Below, piece by piece: positions 10,535-20,967 of a stretch of 64,000 nucleotides of DNA; position 1 is the stretch's first letter, and the number at the start of each line of letters is the position of its first letter. The notes below the pieces were generated by a model. That model searched no databases. It worked only from the letters and a program-made list of their open reading frames with translations, and was not told the origin of the DNA. The translations under genes and the position numbers were made by a program. Where the stretch lies: contig DCHP01000069.1 in the NCBI GenBank assembly GCA_002315675.1, positions 921-64,920 of the forward strand. The letters run 5' to 3'. Source of the stretch: Rikenellaceae bacterium UBA1749. Lineage in GTDB: Bacteria > Bacteroidota > Bacteroidia > Bacteroidales > Rikenellaceae.

Positions 10535-11287
10535 ATGGGAGCAAACAAATGGATAGGAGGTATCCTTGGATTTATAGGGGGAGGACCGATTGGAGCACTT
10601 GCAGGTTTTCTTTTCGGGTCTGCCTTCGATTTTCTTTCTGATAGTTCAAACTCAGTTTCAGGCACTACAGACAAGGAAGAGAGAAACAGGTTCCTGTTTT
10701 CACTGATGCTTCTTTCGGCAGATGTAATACAATCTGACGGAAAAATCATGCACAGTGAAATGGAATACGTCAGACAATTCCTCAGACAGAACTTTGGCGA
10801 AACCGCAGTTACAGAGGGCGAAAGTCATATTCTTAGGATTTTTGAATGGAGAAAAAAGGTCGGAGAATCAACATGGAAGGCCAAAATCACCGAATGTTGC
10901 TCACAGCTCTGCAGGGTAATGCCATCAGGTCAGAGAATTCAACTGATGAATTATCTGGTTGAAATTGCCAAAGTCGACAAAAGCATCTCATCCAATGAGA
11001 AAGATACTCTCTATCGTATAGCAACTCAGCTGGGGCTTGGTTCAAAGGTTGTAGACCAGATGATTGGACTTGGCGGCGATAGTCTTGATGATGCATACAG
11101 AGTACTAGGTGTCACAAAGGATTCAACAGATGAAGAGGTCAGGAAAGCATATAAACAGATGGCCCTGAAATACCATCCAGACCATGTCACCAGTCTTGGA
11201 GAAGACATAAGAAAGGCTGCAGAGGAAAAATTCAAGGAAGTAAACCAGGCCAAGGATAGAATTTACAAATCCAGAGGTATGAAATAG
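10535..11287 (+). CDS. djlA: DjlA-like co-chaperone (TerB-like + J domain)
   Basis: N-terminal Gly-rich TM (KWIGGILG..GPIGALAG); C-terminal J domain with HPD. Confidence 0.88.
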   Translation: MGANKWIGGILGFIGGGPIGALAGFLFGSAFDFLSDSSNSVSGTTDKEERNRFLFSLMLLSADVIQSDGKIMHSEMEYVRQFLRQNFGETAVTEGESHILRIFEWRKKVGESTWKAKITECCSQLCRVMPSGQRIQLMNYLVEIAKVDKSISSNEKDTLYRIATQLGLGSKVVDQMIGLGGDSLDDAYRVLGVTKDSTDEEVRKAYKQMALKYHPDHVTSLGEDIRKAAEEKFKEVNQAKDRIYKSRGMK

Positions 11288-11330
11288 AGTCAAAGTTTCG
11301 TAACTTTGGACTTATATATATTTTCTGCAT

Positions 11331-11942
11331 ATGAAGAAAGTACTACTTATAAACGGATCACCGCATGAGTTCGGAAATACATTCCATGCACTTGACCAGA
11401 TTGCAAAAACTCTTAAGGAATGCAATGTAGACAGTGAAATAGCATGGATTGGCACCAAGCCGGTGCGCGGATGCATAGCATGCGGAATGTGCAAGGGTCT
11501 TGGCACATGCGCTTTTTCCGAAGAACTCTATGTCAGACTGAAAGCCTCTGCAGAAAAATGCGATGGTCTCATCGTAGGTTCTCCTGTATATTACGGAGGT
11601 CCTAACGGTTCCCTGTGTGCCATACTTGACAGACTTTTCTATTCCTCAGCAAGACTTCTGACATTCAAGCCTGCTGCCTCAATTGCAGTATGCAGAAGAG
11701 GTGGCGCTAGTGCGACGTTTGACCGTTTGAACAAATACTTTACCATAAACTGCATGCCAATCGTATCATCCCAGTACTGGAACAGTGTTCACGGCAAAAC
11801 TGCCGGTGATGCAGAAAAAGACCTTGAAGGGATGCAGACAATGCGCACATTAGCCAGAAACATGGCATGGATCCTTGAGAAGCTTGACAGGGAGACGCAT
11901 CCTGAACGGGAGGAATCCATTCAAACCAGTTTCATCCGATAA
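11331..11942 (+). CDS. Flavodoxin-family / iron-sulfur flavoprotein
   Basis: LLINGSP, CxxCxxC..C, GSPVYY; TAACTTTG -7 element at 11301. Confidence 0.88.
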   Translation: MKKVLLINGSPHEFGNTFHALDQIAKTLKECNVDSEIAWIGTKPVRGCIACGMCKGLGTCAFSEELYVRLKASAEKCDGLIVGSPVYYGGPNGSLCAILDRLFYSSARLLTFKPAASIAVCRRGGASATFDRLNKYFTINCMPIVSSQYWNSVHGKTAGDAEKDLEGMQTMRTLARNMAWILEKLDRETHPEREESIQTSFIR

Positions 11943-13519
11943 TGCCCGAAGAAGAAAAGTACATATCCCTATATCAACTGACCAAGAAGATAGAGTCTGC
12001 CCTGAAGGATCCAGATCTAAGCTTCAAGTGGGTTACGTTTGAAATCAAGTCATTAAATGTAAATCAAAGCAACGGACATTGCTACCTGGAACTTATAGAG
12101 AAAGCTCCAAACGGTACGACAATTGCATCCGCAAGGGGTACGATATGGAGCAGCATATACTTCAAGATCAGGAATAAGTTTACAAAAGTTACCGGAATGG
12201 AACTTCAGAAAGGTATGAAGGTTCTGGCTCTGGTATCTGTAAGTTTTCATAGCCTGTATGGAATTTCAATCAACATTTCGGATATCGATCCTGCCTTTAC
12301 CCTCGGTGAAAGTGAGCGTATAAGAAGGGAAACTATAGAAAAGTTACATTCAGATGGAGTCTGGGACATGAATAGATTGTTACAGATGCCTCTTGTTATA
12401 CAGAAAATAGCTGTTGTAAGTTCTCCAACAGCAGCTGGCTACGGGGATTTCTGCAGACAGATAGAAGAATCTGGCTTGAAAATGGAAATCACCCTTTTTG
12501 AAAGTCTGATGCAGGGGAATCAGGCTGAGGATTCCATCATGAATTCCCTTGAGGAGATATCAAACCATGCAGATGAATTTGACGCCATAGTTATTATCCG
12601 TGGAGGTGGAGCTTCAGGAGACCTTGACTGTTTTGATGGCTATCTTGTATGTTCTGCAATTGCTCAGATGCCACTTCCGGTGATAACAGGAATTGGCCAT
12701 GACAGAGATGTCTCAATTGCTGACATGGTTGCAGCCAATGCACTGAAAACTCCTACTGCAGTAGCTGCCTGGATAATCGGCCTGTCATCTGAATTTCTAA
12801 GCAGAATGGAGAGGATTACATCTGAAATAGTCAACAAGGTTCAAAATACACTCCTTGGACTATGGAATGACTATGAAATGAATTGCAGTCTACTGAGGCA
12901 CAGGACAGAAGGCATACTATCATCTAGGAACCTTCAGATTTCTGAAGTAAGGAATATGCTCAGCAGGATTACGACATCCGTTTCACTGAAAGAACAGTCC
13001 AGAATATCACGTGAGGAAGAAATCCTCCGGCAAGGTACAATCAAGCTGTTTTCCGAAAAGAGTTCCGCGTTGGATTTTGCCAAGCAGAATCTTGCAATAC
13101 GCTGGAAAATGAGAAGCGAAAAGGCAAACAACGATATTATGTCCAGGATGCAGCTTCTTCAGTCTGTTACTTCTACAAGATGCGAAAAATTCCTTTCCGT
13201 TACAGATAGACTACTTGCTGAACTGAAAAGCATAATTAAACTTAAAACAGACAGGGAAGAGATGAAAATTTCATCTCTGAAGGACAAAATTGCTGTACGC
13301 ACCCTTACGGTTCTGAAAAACCGTAGCGAGAGGAATTCTGCACTTTTACAACTTGTAGAGTCACACGACCCAAGAAATGTTCTTCAGAGAGGATACGCCA
13401 TGGTACGTCTGAATGGAACAGTAATTGCAGACACGACCCATCTGTCAGTTGGCGACAGGTTGGACATAATCCTCCGAGACGGAGAAATCAATACCGAGAT
13501 TAAAAATATAAATAAATAA
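11942..13519 (+). CDS. xseA: Exodeoxyribonuclease VII large subunit
   Basis: OB-fold (GHCYLEL), IIRGGG, ITGIGH, TPTAVA, VLQRGYA. Confidence 0.93.
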   Translation: MPEEEKYISLYQLTKKIESALKDPDLSFKWVTFEIKSLNVNQSNGHCYLELIEKAPNGTTIASARGTIWSSIYFKIRNKFTKVTGMELQKGMKVLALVSVSFHSLYGISINISDIDPAFTLGESERIRRETIEKLHSDGVWDMNRLLQMPLVIQKIAVVSSPTAAGYGDFCRQIEESGLKMEITLFESLMQGNQAEDSIMNSLEEISNHADEFDAIVIIRGGGASGDLDCFDGYLVCSAIAQMPLPVITGIGHDRDVSIADMVAANALKTPTAVAAWIIGLSSEFLSRMERITSEIVNKVQNTLLGLWNDYEMNCSLLRHRTEGILSSRNLQISEVRNMLSRITTSVSLKEQSRISREEEILRQGTIKLFSEKSSALDFAKQNLAIRWKMRSEKANNDIMSRMQLLQSVTSTRCEKFLSVTDRLLAELKSIIKLKTDREEMKISSLKDKIAVRTLTVLKNRSERNSALLQLVESHDPRNVLQRGYAMVRLNGTVIADTTHLSVGDRLDIILRDGEINTEIKNINK

Positions 13520-13525
13520 ATTGTT

Positions 13526-13717
13526 ATGGAAAACAAGAAACTGTCATACAACGAAGCCATGAGGGAAGTCGAGAATATTCTTTCCGAAATAAACTCCGAA
13601 CAGGTTGATGTTGATACATTGAGTGAAAAGGTTGAACGTGCTAGCGAACTACTGAAGATGTGCAAGGAAAAACTTGCCAAGGCTCAGGAGAAGGTCGACA
13701 AGGTCCTTGCCCAATAA
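13526..13717 (+). CDS. xseB: Exodeoxyribonuclease VII small subunit
   Basis: LSYNEAMREVENI..L..C..KL pattern; follows xseA. Confidence 0.9.
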   Translation: MENKKLSYNEAMREVENILSEINSEQVDVDTLSEKVERASELLKMCKEKLAKAQEKVDKVLAQ

Positions 13718-13988
13718 GTCAAGTGGTTAACAGAGACATACGGGAAATCAAAACTGATGCCCAGTCATAATCATAAACTATAATCAATAGAACTGATGAC
13801 AACTGGAAAAGTAATCTGTGATACTGATAATGACTGAAAAAAGTGGTTGATTTTGGCAGGTGGTTGGTTTAATTGTGGTTGAATCAATTCATCAATTTAC
13901 TGAAGATACGGCTGTAAAAGACTGTAAGCCTATTATTTGAAAAGAAATATAAAAAAACTATAAACAACAAACAACAAAAACTAATATC

Positions 13989-14777
13989 ATGAATAACATA
14001 GCACTGAAATTCATGCCCTCACGCGAGGAGAAACCACGCAAAAAAGGTGTAGCAATGATAATGGACAAAGGTCTAAACTGTTATGAGGCTGAAGGAATGG
14101 CCGAAACTGCAGGACACCTTATTGATTTTGTCAAACTTGGATTCGGGACAAGCGTTTTCACTAATAGCCTTAAAAAGAAAGTTGATATTTACCATTCACA
14201 TGATATCAAGGTTTACCTTGGAGGAACCCTTCTTGAAGCATGTTTCATCCGTGGTCAGATTTCAGATTATGAGAAACTTGTCGAGAAACTTGGCTTGAAG
14301 GCAGTTGAGATTTCAGATGGTTCAATGATTATGAGTCATGATGAAAAATGTGAACTTATATCCCATTTCAGCAAGAAATACCAGGTCCTTTCAGAGGTTG
14401 GTTCAAAAGTTGCAGGAAAGGAAATTCCAACTTCCGAATGGATTAATATGATGAGCAAGGAACTTTCAGCCGGAAGTTCATACGCTATCGCGGAAGCACG
14501 TGAAGCTGGAAATACCGGTATCTATAATAAGGATGGCTCGGTAAATGAATCCATGATACGTGAGATTGCAAATGTCGTACCACTTGAGAAGATAATGTGG
14601 GAAGCACCCCAAAAAGCCCAGCAGGTATGGTTCGTAAAGAATTTCGGTGCAGAAGTCAATCTTGGAAACATTCCATCAAATGAAGTTATTGCTCTGGAAA
14701 CCATAAGATGTGGCCTTCGTGGAGATACATTCGGTGTTTACCTTCCAGAAGAGCTGAAAGCAAAGGTTCAGAAATAA
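13989..14777 (+). CDS. comA: Phosphosulfolactate synthase (ComA family)
   Basis: KPRKKG..MDKG, VKLGFGT, GGTLLE, EISDG, SEVGSK, VNLGNI, LETIRCGLRGDT. Confidence 0.92.
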   Translation: MNNIALKFMPSREEKPRKKGVAMIMDKGLNCYEAEGMAETAGHLIDFVKLGFGTSVFTNSLKKKVDIYHSHDIKVYLGGTLLEACFIRGQISDYEKLVEKLGLKAVEISDGSMIMSHDEKCELISHFSKKYQVLSEVGSKVAGKEIPTSEWINMMSKELSAGSSYAIAEAREAGNTGIYNKDGSVNESMIREIANVVPLEKIMWEAPQKAQQVWFVKNFGAEVNLGNIPSNEVIALETIRCGLRGDTFGVYLPEELKAKVQK

Positions 14778-14793
14778 AGCCGGACAGATATAT

Positions 14794-15387
14794 ATGGCGA
14801 ATAATATTGTCAGAAAGAGTTATGACTGGGTGCTAAGCTGGGCTGAAAGCAGATATGCTTCAGCAGCCCTGTTTATCCTTGCATTTGCTGAGTCCAGTTT
14901 TTTCCCTATTCCACCAGATGTCCTGCTGATTGCCCTATGCCTTGGAAATGTTGGAAAATCAATGAAATATGCCTTGATTTGTCTTGTCGGATCCATAATG
15001 GGGGCAATACTCGGCTATTATATTGGATTTGGATTATGGGAAGTAATGAAAGGATGGTTCATCCCTTCAATTTTCTCTCAGGGAGGATTCGATAATGTGG
15101 GAGCTATGTACGACAAGTGGAATTTCTGGGCTGTATTTACAGCTGGTTGTACACCTATTCCGTATAAGATTTTCACTATTGCGGCCGGAGTCTTCAATAT
15201 CAACTTCTGGATGTTTATCCTGGGATCGATTGTAGGAAGAGGTTTCAGGTTCTTCCTGGTTGCCGGACTGATTTACAAGTTTGGTTCTCCAATCAAGGGT
15301 TTTATTGACAGATATTTCAACCTCGTTGTAACTCTCTTTACTATTATATTAATTGGTAGTTTCGTTCTTGTTAAATACATATTCTGA
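14794..15387 (+). CDS. YqaA/DedA-family membrane protein
   Basis: FAESSFFPIPPD and TPIPYK motifs. Confidence 0.9.
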   Translation: MANNIVRKSYDWVLSWAESRYASAALFILAFAESSFFPIPPDVLLIALCLGNVGKSMKYALICLVGSIMGAILGYYIGFGLWEVMKGWFIPSIFSQGGFDNVGAMYDKWNFWAVFTAGCTPIPYKIFTIAAGVFNINFWMFILGSIVGRGFRFFLVAGLIYKFGSPIKGFIDRYFNLVVTLFTIILIGSFVLVKYIF

Positions 15388-16124
15388 TGCATTTCGGTTT
15401 ATTAGGTTTCCCTCTTGGACATTCATTCTCAGTAAAATTCTTCAAAGAGAAGTTTTCAGGAGAAAAGATCTTTGAGGGCTGGACATACGATAATTTTGAA
15501 AGGGAAGACGTCGGACTATTCTTCAAAAAAGAAGCATCAACCCTTGACGGATTCAATGTCACTATCCCCCATAAAAGAAATGTCCTGCCATTTCTTGACT
15601 CTATTTCAGATGAAGCAAAGAAAATAGGTGCTGTCAACTGCATAAAGAACCAGGATGGCAGATTCATCGGTTTCAATACTGACGCATTCGGATTTGAACA
15701 GTCGCTGAAATCATTCCTCAAGGAAGGAAATTGTTCAGCAGGAAAATCCATTCCTGATTATGCACTTATACTCGGAAGCGGAGGTGCATCACGGGCAGTC
15801 AGATACGTACTTCATAAAATGGGAATAGAGTATGATATCGTATCAAGAAGTGGTGACATCAACTATGAGAACCTTGATGAAAGATTAAAGAGAGCCGGAC
15901 TTGTTGTCAATACCACCCCACTTGGGACGTTTCCTAAAACTGAAGGTAAACCCGATCTTAATTACGACCTGCTGACTGAAGAAAAGTTTTTGTATGATCT
16001 GGTATACAACCCGCCTCTTACATCATTTCTGAAAGAAGGAGAAAAAAGAGGATGCAAAATCAAATCAGGTACTGACATGTTGCATTTACAAGCTGAAAAA
16101 AGTTTAGAGATATGGACTTCATAA
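15387..16124 (+). CDS. aroE: Shikimate dehydrogenase
   Basis: GFPLGHSFS, NVTIPHK, GAVN, GFNTD, ILGSGGA, NTTP, DLVYNP. Confidence 0.93.
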   Translation: MHFGLLGFPLGHSFSVKFFKEKFSGEKIFEGWTYDNFEREDVGLFFKKEASTLDGFNVTIPHKRNVLPFLDSISDEAKKIGAVNCIKNQDGRFIGFNTDAFGFEQSLKSFLKEGNCSAGKSIPDYALILGSGGASRAVRYVLHKMGIEYDIVSRSGDINYENLDERLKRAGLVVNTTPLGTFPKTEGKPDLNYDLLTEEKFLYDLVYNPPLTSFLKEGEKRGCKIKSGTDMLHLQAEKSLEIWTS

Positions 16125-16888
16125 CCATCGATATTATTGACATCATTGACATTACGATTGTTGCGTTTATAATCTGGCAGATCTACAGACTTCTGAAAGG
16201 GACTGCCGCAATGACAATATTCCTGGGCATAGTGCTTCTTTATGCTATCTGGATAATTGTAAGGGTAATGCATATGGAACTTATGAGTGCAATAATGTCC
16301 CAGGTTCTGGGTGTCGGAGCACTTGCACTGATTGTTGTATTCCAGCAGGAAATACGTCATTATCTTCTTATGATAGGAAACAGACTTTCAAGGACATCAA
16401 ACAAATTCCTGAGAAATCTCTTTTCATCAAATAAGGCAACAATAAGTTCAACATTATTGTCTGAAATAGTCAGTGCCATAATGGATATGTCATCGACAAA
16501 AACTGGGGCTCTAATTGTTTTCCAGAGAACATCGGACTTAAGTTCCATAAAGGAATCCGGAGATCTTATAAATTCCGAGATTTCATCAAGACTGATTGAG
16601 ACTATTTTCTTCAAGAACACCCCACTCCATGATGGTGCCATGATAATATCATCTGGGAAAATCCAGTATGCAAGATGCGTACTTCCAGTCTCTGACAATC
16701 TCTCAATCCCTGCATCCCTTGGACTTAGACATCGTGCTGCCATAGGAGTGACAGAGCAGACAGACGCTTTCGCCCTCGTTGTATCAGAACAGACAGGAAG
16801 AGTGTCTGTTGTTGATAAAGGAGAAATTATGGTACTTCAGGCAGGAGACAATCTTTCTGAAATATTAACTAAAAAAATGTCTTGGTAG
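16112..16888 (+). CDS. dacA: Diadenylate cyclase (CdaA/DacA)
   Basis: 3 N-terminal TMs; PLHDGA and GLRHRAA motifs. Confidence 0.93.
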   Translation: MDFITIDIIDIIDITIVAFIIWQIYRLLKGTAAMTIFLGIVLLYAIWIIVRVMHMELMSAIMSQVLGVGALALIVVFQQEIRHYLLMIGNRLSRTSNKFLRNLFSSNKATISSTLLSEIVSAIMDMSSTKTGALIVFQRTSDLSSIKESGDLINSEISSRLIETIFFKNTPLHDGAMIISSGKIQYARCVLPVSDNLSIPASLGLRHRAAIGVTEQTDAFALVVSEQTGRVSVVDKGEIMVLQAGDNLSEILTKKMSW

Positions 16889-16954
16889 TCCCCGTTTTTT
16901 TGGGTATTTTTGTAGGATAATTTTATGAAAATTAAATAATTAATTAAAAATAAT

Positions 16955-19900
16955 ATGGCAAAGAAATTTATCACATGTGACGGAAACTATGCCGCTGCTC
17001 ACGTAGCATACATGTTCAGTGAAGTATCGGCAATCTACCCTATCACTCCATCTTCGACTATGGCCGAACTTGTTGATGAATGGGCTGCTTCCGGAAAAAA
17101 GAATTTATTCGGCGAAACTGTTAAAGTTGTCGAAATGCAAAGTGAAGCCGGTGCTGCAGGAGCTGTTCATGGTTCACTACAGGCTGGTGCACTAACAACC
17201 ACATATACAGCATCTCAGGGATTGCTTCTTATGATCCCTAACATGTATAAGATTGCAGGTGAATTGCTTCCAGGTGTTTTCCACGTCTCTGCACGTGCCC
17301 TAGCTGCTCAGAGTCTTTCCATCTTCGGTGACCACCAGGATATCATGGCTGTCCGCCAGACAGGTTTTGCAATGCTGGGTGCAGGTTCAGTACAGGAGGT
17401 TATGGATCTTGCAGCAGTTTCACATCTGACTGCAATCAAATCACGTATTCCATTTGTAAACTTCTTTGATGGGTTCCGTACTTCTCACGAAATCCAGAAA
17501 ATTGAAGCACTGGATGCAGAAGATCTTCGTCCTCTACTTGACCAGAAGGCTCTTGATGAATTCCGTGCCCGTGCTCTGAATCCAAACAAACCTGTAACCA
17601 GGGGCACAGCACAGAACCCTGATATCTATTTCCAGACAAGGGAAGCATCTAATAAGTTCTATAACGCAGTTCCTGATATGGTCGCTGAATATATGTCTGA
17701 AATTTCAAAGATTACAGGACGTGATTACAAGCCATTCACTTACTATGGTGCAGAAGATGCTGAAAGAATAGTTATTGCAATGGGGTCAGCAACTGAAACT
17801 CTTCGCGAGGTTATTGACATGAAAGTCAAGAACGGAGAAAAGGTAGGTATGATTTCTGTCCATCTGTATCGCCCATTCTCAGCAAAATATCTGTTCAATG
17901 TTCTTCCAAAGAGTGTTAAGCGTATCTGCGTTCTTGACCGCACAAAGGAACCGGGAGCTGCAGGCGAACCTCTTTACTTGGATATTGTGGAGGCATTCTC
18001 AAATATTGAGAACAAACCGCTTATCATAGGTGGACGCTATGGTCTTTCTTCAAAGGACACAACCCCTGCTCAGATGATTGCAGTATTTGACAATCTGCTT
18101 CTTGATAAGCCAAAACACCAGTTTACAGTAGGTATCAATGACGACGTTACATTCACTTCCCTTCCAATAGGTCCTGAAGTAAGTGTTGCCAACGCTGGTA
18201 CATACGAAGCACGTTTCATCGGTCTTGGTGCTGATGGTACAGTAGGTGCAAACAAGAATTCAATCAAGATTATCGGCGAAAATACAGACAAGTATTGCCA
18301 GGCATATTTCTCATACGATTCAAAGAAATCAGGCGGATACACTTCTTCTCACCTTCGTTTCGGTGATAAGCCGATCCGTTCTACATACCTGGTAACTACT
18401 CCAGACTTTGTAGCTTGCCACGTTCCTTCATACCTTGGCAAATATGATCTACTGAAAGGTCTGAAAGATAACGGAACATTCCTTTTGAACTCTCTATGGG
18501 ATGAAAATACCGTTGCAAATCACCTTCCTGCAGATATGAAGAAATATATGGCTCAGCACCATATCAACTTCTACATAATCAATGCTACCAAGATTGCAAC
18601 TGAAATCGGACTTGGCAATCGTACAAATACAATAATGCAGTCTGCATTCTTCAAAGTTTCAGAAGTAATTCCATACGACCTTGCAGTTGAGCAGATGAAG
18701 AAATTCATTCTTAAATCATATGGTAAGAAAGGTGAAAGCATTGTTAACATGAACTACTCTGCTGTTGATGCCGGTAGTGCTGTTACCAAGGTTGAAATAC
18801 CTGCAGACTGGGCTAATATTGAAGTTCCTCAAAAAGCAGAAAGCACTTCACTTCCTGCATTTGTTCAGAACATCTGTGAACCTATCAACTCTCTTGAAGG
18901 TGATTCCCTTCCAGTATCTGCATTCAACGGCAGAGAAGATGGTACATGGGAAGTCGGAACAGCTGCATACGAAAAACGTGGTATCGCTGCATTTGTTCCA
19001 GAATGGGATCCTTCAAAATGTATCCAGTGCAACCAGTGTGCATTGATTTGTCCTCACGCAGCTATCCGTCCATTCATCCTTACTGCTGATGAAGCAGCCA
19101 AAGTTCCTGCAACACTTAAACTTGCTGATGGCAAGGCACAACTTAAGGAATACAAATTCAAGGTTCAGGTTTCACCACTTGATTGTACAGGATGTAACAA
19201 CTGTGCAAATGTTTGTCCTGCTCCAGGCAAGGCACTGGTTATGAAGCCTCTTGATTCTCAGGTTGAAGCGGAATCAGCAAACTGGAAATACCTTAACGAA
19301 AATGTTGGTTACAAGACCAATATTCTTGACAAGACCACATCTATAAAGAACCTGCAGTTCGAACAGCCTTTGTTTGAATTTTCAGGCGCATGCGCAGGTT
19401 GCGGTGAAACACCATATATCAAGACTTTGTCTCAGTTATTCGGTGACAGAATGATGATTGCAAATGCTACAGGTTGTACTTCAATCTATAGTGCTTCATC
19501 TCCTTCAACACCATACACTTGCAATAAGGAAGGTCATGGTCCTGCATGGGCAAATTCATTGTTTGAAGACAATGCAGAATTTGGTCTTGGTATGCACATA
19601 GGTTCTGACAAGATCCGTGCAAGACTTAAAAAGATCATGACTGAGGCCATTGCTGAATGCAGTTGCTGTTCAGATGAGCTTAAGGCTGCCATGGGCGAAT
19701 GGATCGAGGGTATGGAATCTGCTGCAGCATCAAAAGCAGCTGCTGAAAAGATTATTCCAATGGCTGAGAAATGCGATTGTAAATATTGCAAAGATATCAT
19801 CTACTATAAGGATTATCTGACAAAACGTTCTCAGTGGATCATCGGTGGTGACGGATGGGCATACGATATCGGATACGGCGGACTTGATCATGTTCTTGCT

Positions 19901-20488
19901 TCTGGCGAAGATGTGAATGTTCTAGTTGTTGACACAGAAGTATATTCAAATACGGGTGGTCAGTCATCAAAATCAACTCCTGTTGGTGCTGTTGCAAAAT
20001 TCGCTTCTGCCGGCAAGAGAATCCGTAAGAAAGACCTTGGTGCAATAGCAATGACATACGGATATGTATACGTTGCTCAGGTTGCAATGGGTGCAAACCA
20101 GGCTCAGTGTCTGAAAGCAATGAAAGAAGCTGAGGCGTACCCAGGACCATCAATCATTATTGCATACGCCCCATGTATCAACCATGGTATCAAAGGTGGC
20201 ATGACACAGACTCAACTTGTTGAAAAACAAGCGGTTGAATGTGGTTACTGGCATCTATGGAGATTCAATCCAGCCCTTGAATCTGAAGGAAAGAATCCAT
20301 TCTCTCTTGATAGCAAGGAACCAGACTGGACTAAATTCCAGCAATTCCTGGCTGATGAAGTACGTTACTCATCACTGAAGAAACTATTCCCTCAGGAAGC
20401 CGATGAACTTTTCAAAGCCAGCGAAGAAAACGCTCAGTGGCGTTACAGAAGCTACAAGAGATTTGCAGCTATGGAATATGATAAATAA
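16955..20488 (+). CDS. nifJ: Pyruvate:ferredoxin (flavodoxin) oxidoreductase
   Basis: YPITPSS, MQSEAGAAG, two CxxCxxCxxxCP, GACAGCGE, GGDGWAYDIG; TATTTTTG -7 at 16905. Confidence 0.97.
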   Translation: MAKKFITCDGNYAAAHVAYMFSEVSAIYPITPSSTMAELVDEWAASGKKNLFGETVKVVEMQSEAGAAGAVHGSLQAGALTTTYTASQGLLLMIPNMYKIAGELLPGVFHVSARALAAQSLSIFGDHQDIMAVRQTGFAMLGAGSVQEVMDLAAVSHLTAIKSRIPFVNFFDGFRTSHEIQKIEALDAEDLRPLLDQKALDEFRARALNPNKPVTRGTAQNPDIYFQTREASNKFYNAVPDMVAEYMSEISKITGRDYKPFTYYGAEDAERIVIAMGSATETLREVIDMKVKNGEKVGMISVHLYRPFSAKYLFNVLPKSVKRICVLDRTKEPGAAGEPLYLDIVEAFSNIENKPLIIGGRYGLSSKDTTPAQMIAVFDNLLLDKPKHQFTVGINDDVTFTSLPIGPEVSVANAGTYEARFIGLGADGTVGANKNSIKIIGENTDKYCQAYFSYDSKKSGGYTSSHLRFGDKPIRSTYLVTTPDFVACHVPSYLGKYDLLKGLKDNGTFLLNSLWDENTVANHLPADMKKYMAQHHINFYIINATKIATEIGLGNRTNTIMQSAFFKVSEVIPYDLAVEQMKKFILKSYGKKGESIVNMNYSAVDAGSAVTKVEIPADWANIEVPQKAESTSLPAFVQNICEPINSLEGDSLPVSAFNGREDGTWEVGTAAYEKRGIAAFVPEWDPSKCIQCNQCALICPHAAIRPFILTADEAAKVPATLKLADGKAQLKEYKFKVQVSPLDCTGCNNCANVCPAPGKALVMKPLDSQVEAESANWKYLNENVGYKTNILDKTTSIKNLQFEQPLFEFSGACAGCGETPYIKTLSQLFGDRMMIANATGCTSIYSASSPSTPYTCNKEGHGPAWANSLFEDNAEFGLGMHIGSDKIRARLKKIMTEAIAECSCCSDELKAAMGEWIEGMESAAASKAAAEKIIPMAEKCDCKYCKDIIYYKDYLTKRSQWIIGGDGWAYDIGYGGLDHVLASGEDVNVLVVDTEVYSNTGGQSSKSTPVGAVAKFASAGKRIRKKDLGAIAMTYGYVYVAQVAMGANQAQCLKAMKEAEAYPGPSIIIAYAPCINHGIKGGMTQTQLVEKQAVECGYWHLWRFNPALESEGKNPFSLDSKEPDWTKFQQFLADEVRYSSLKKLFPQEADELFKASEENAQWRYRSYKRFAAMEYDK

Positions 20489-20511
20489 GAATTAATCATA
20501 TTGACTGACGG

Positions 20512-20545
20512 AAAGAGGATGAAAAAAATCATCCTCTTTTCTTTT
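20512..20545 (+). terminator. Intrinsic terminator after PFOR
   Basis: AAAGAGGATGA/TCATCCTCTTT stem plus T-rich tail. Confidence 0.75.
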
Positions 20546-20967
20546 ACCATTATGAAACTGGAACGTATGGAACCTACCTGGACACAAGCCAATATCCAGA
20601 AGTCTCCCATAGATAAGCCAGAATAATCAGACACCAAAAGAATACGATACAAGGATAAGAAAAATTTGACAACAGGATTATACTACACCAATACAACCAT
20701 AATGTCATACAACACAGAGTAATCGTCATCAACACGACGTGTAAAGCAAAGGTAGTGATTGTGTAAAGTAAATAAGTTGAAAGAACAAGCAACTGTAAAC
20801 CGATTCAGTTATCGTGCATAAAGAAATAGTATATCATCCCCAAAAGTGTCAACCATTTTCAGTCAAAGTCATTGGAAGTTCCTGACTATACTTACATTTC
20901 AATAGTACAAAAATCGGTTTTATATCAGCTGCATAATAAAAATCACCGATAAATGATGGCAGAGAAG

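Noticed and set aside
16112..16888. Cyclase as part of a CBASS-like defence system
   Set aside because: Ordinary membrane-bound CdaA in a housekeeping operon; no effector genes
20545..20967. Small ORFs or ncRNA between PFOR and the kinase gene
   Set aside because: No recognisable motif, strong structure or convincing coding signal
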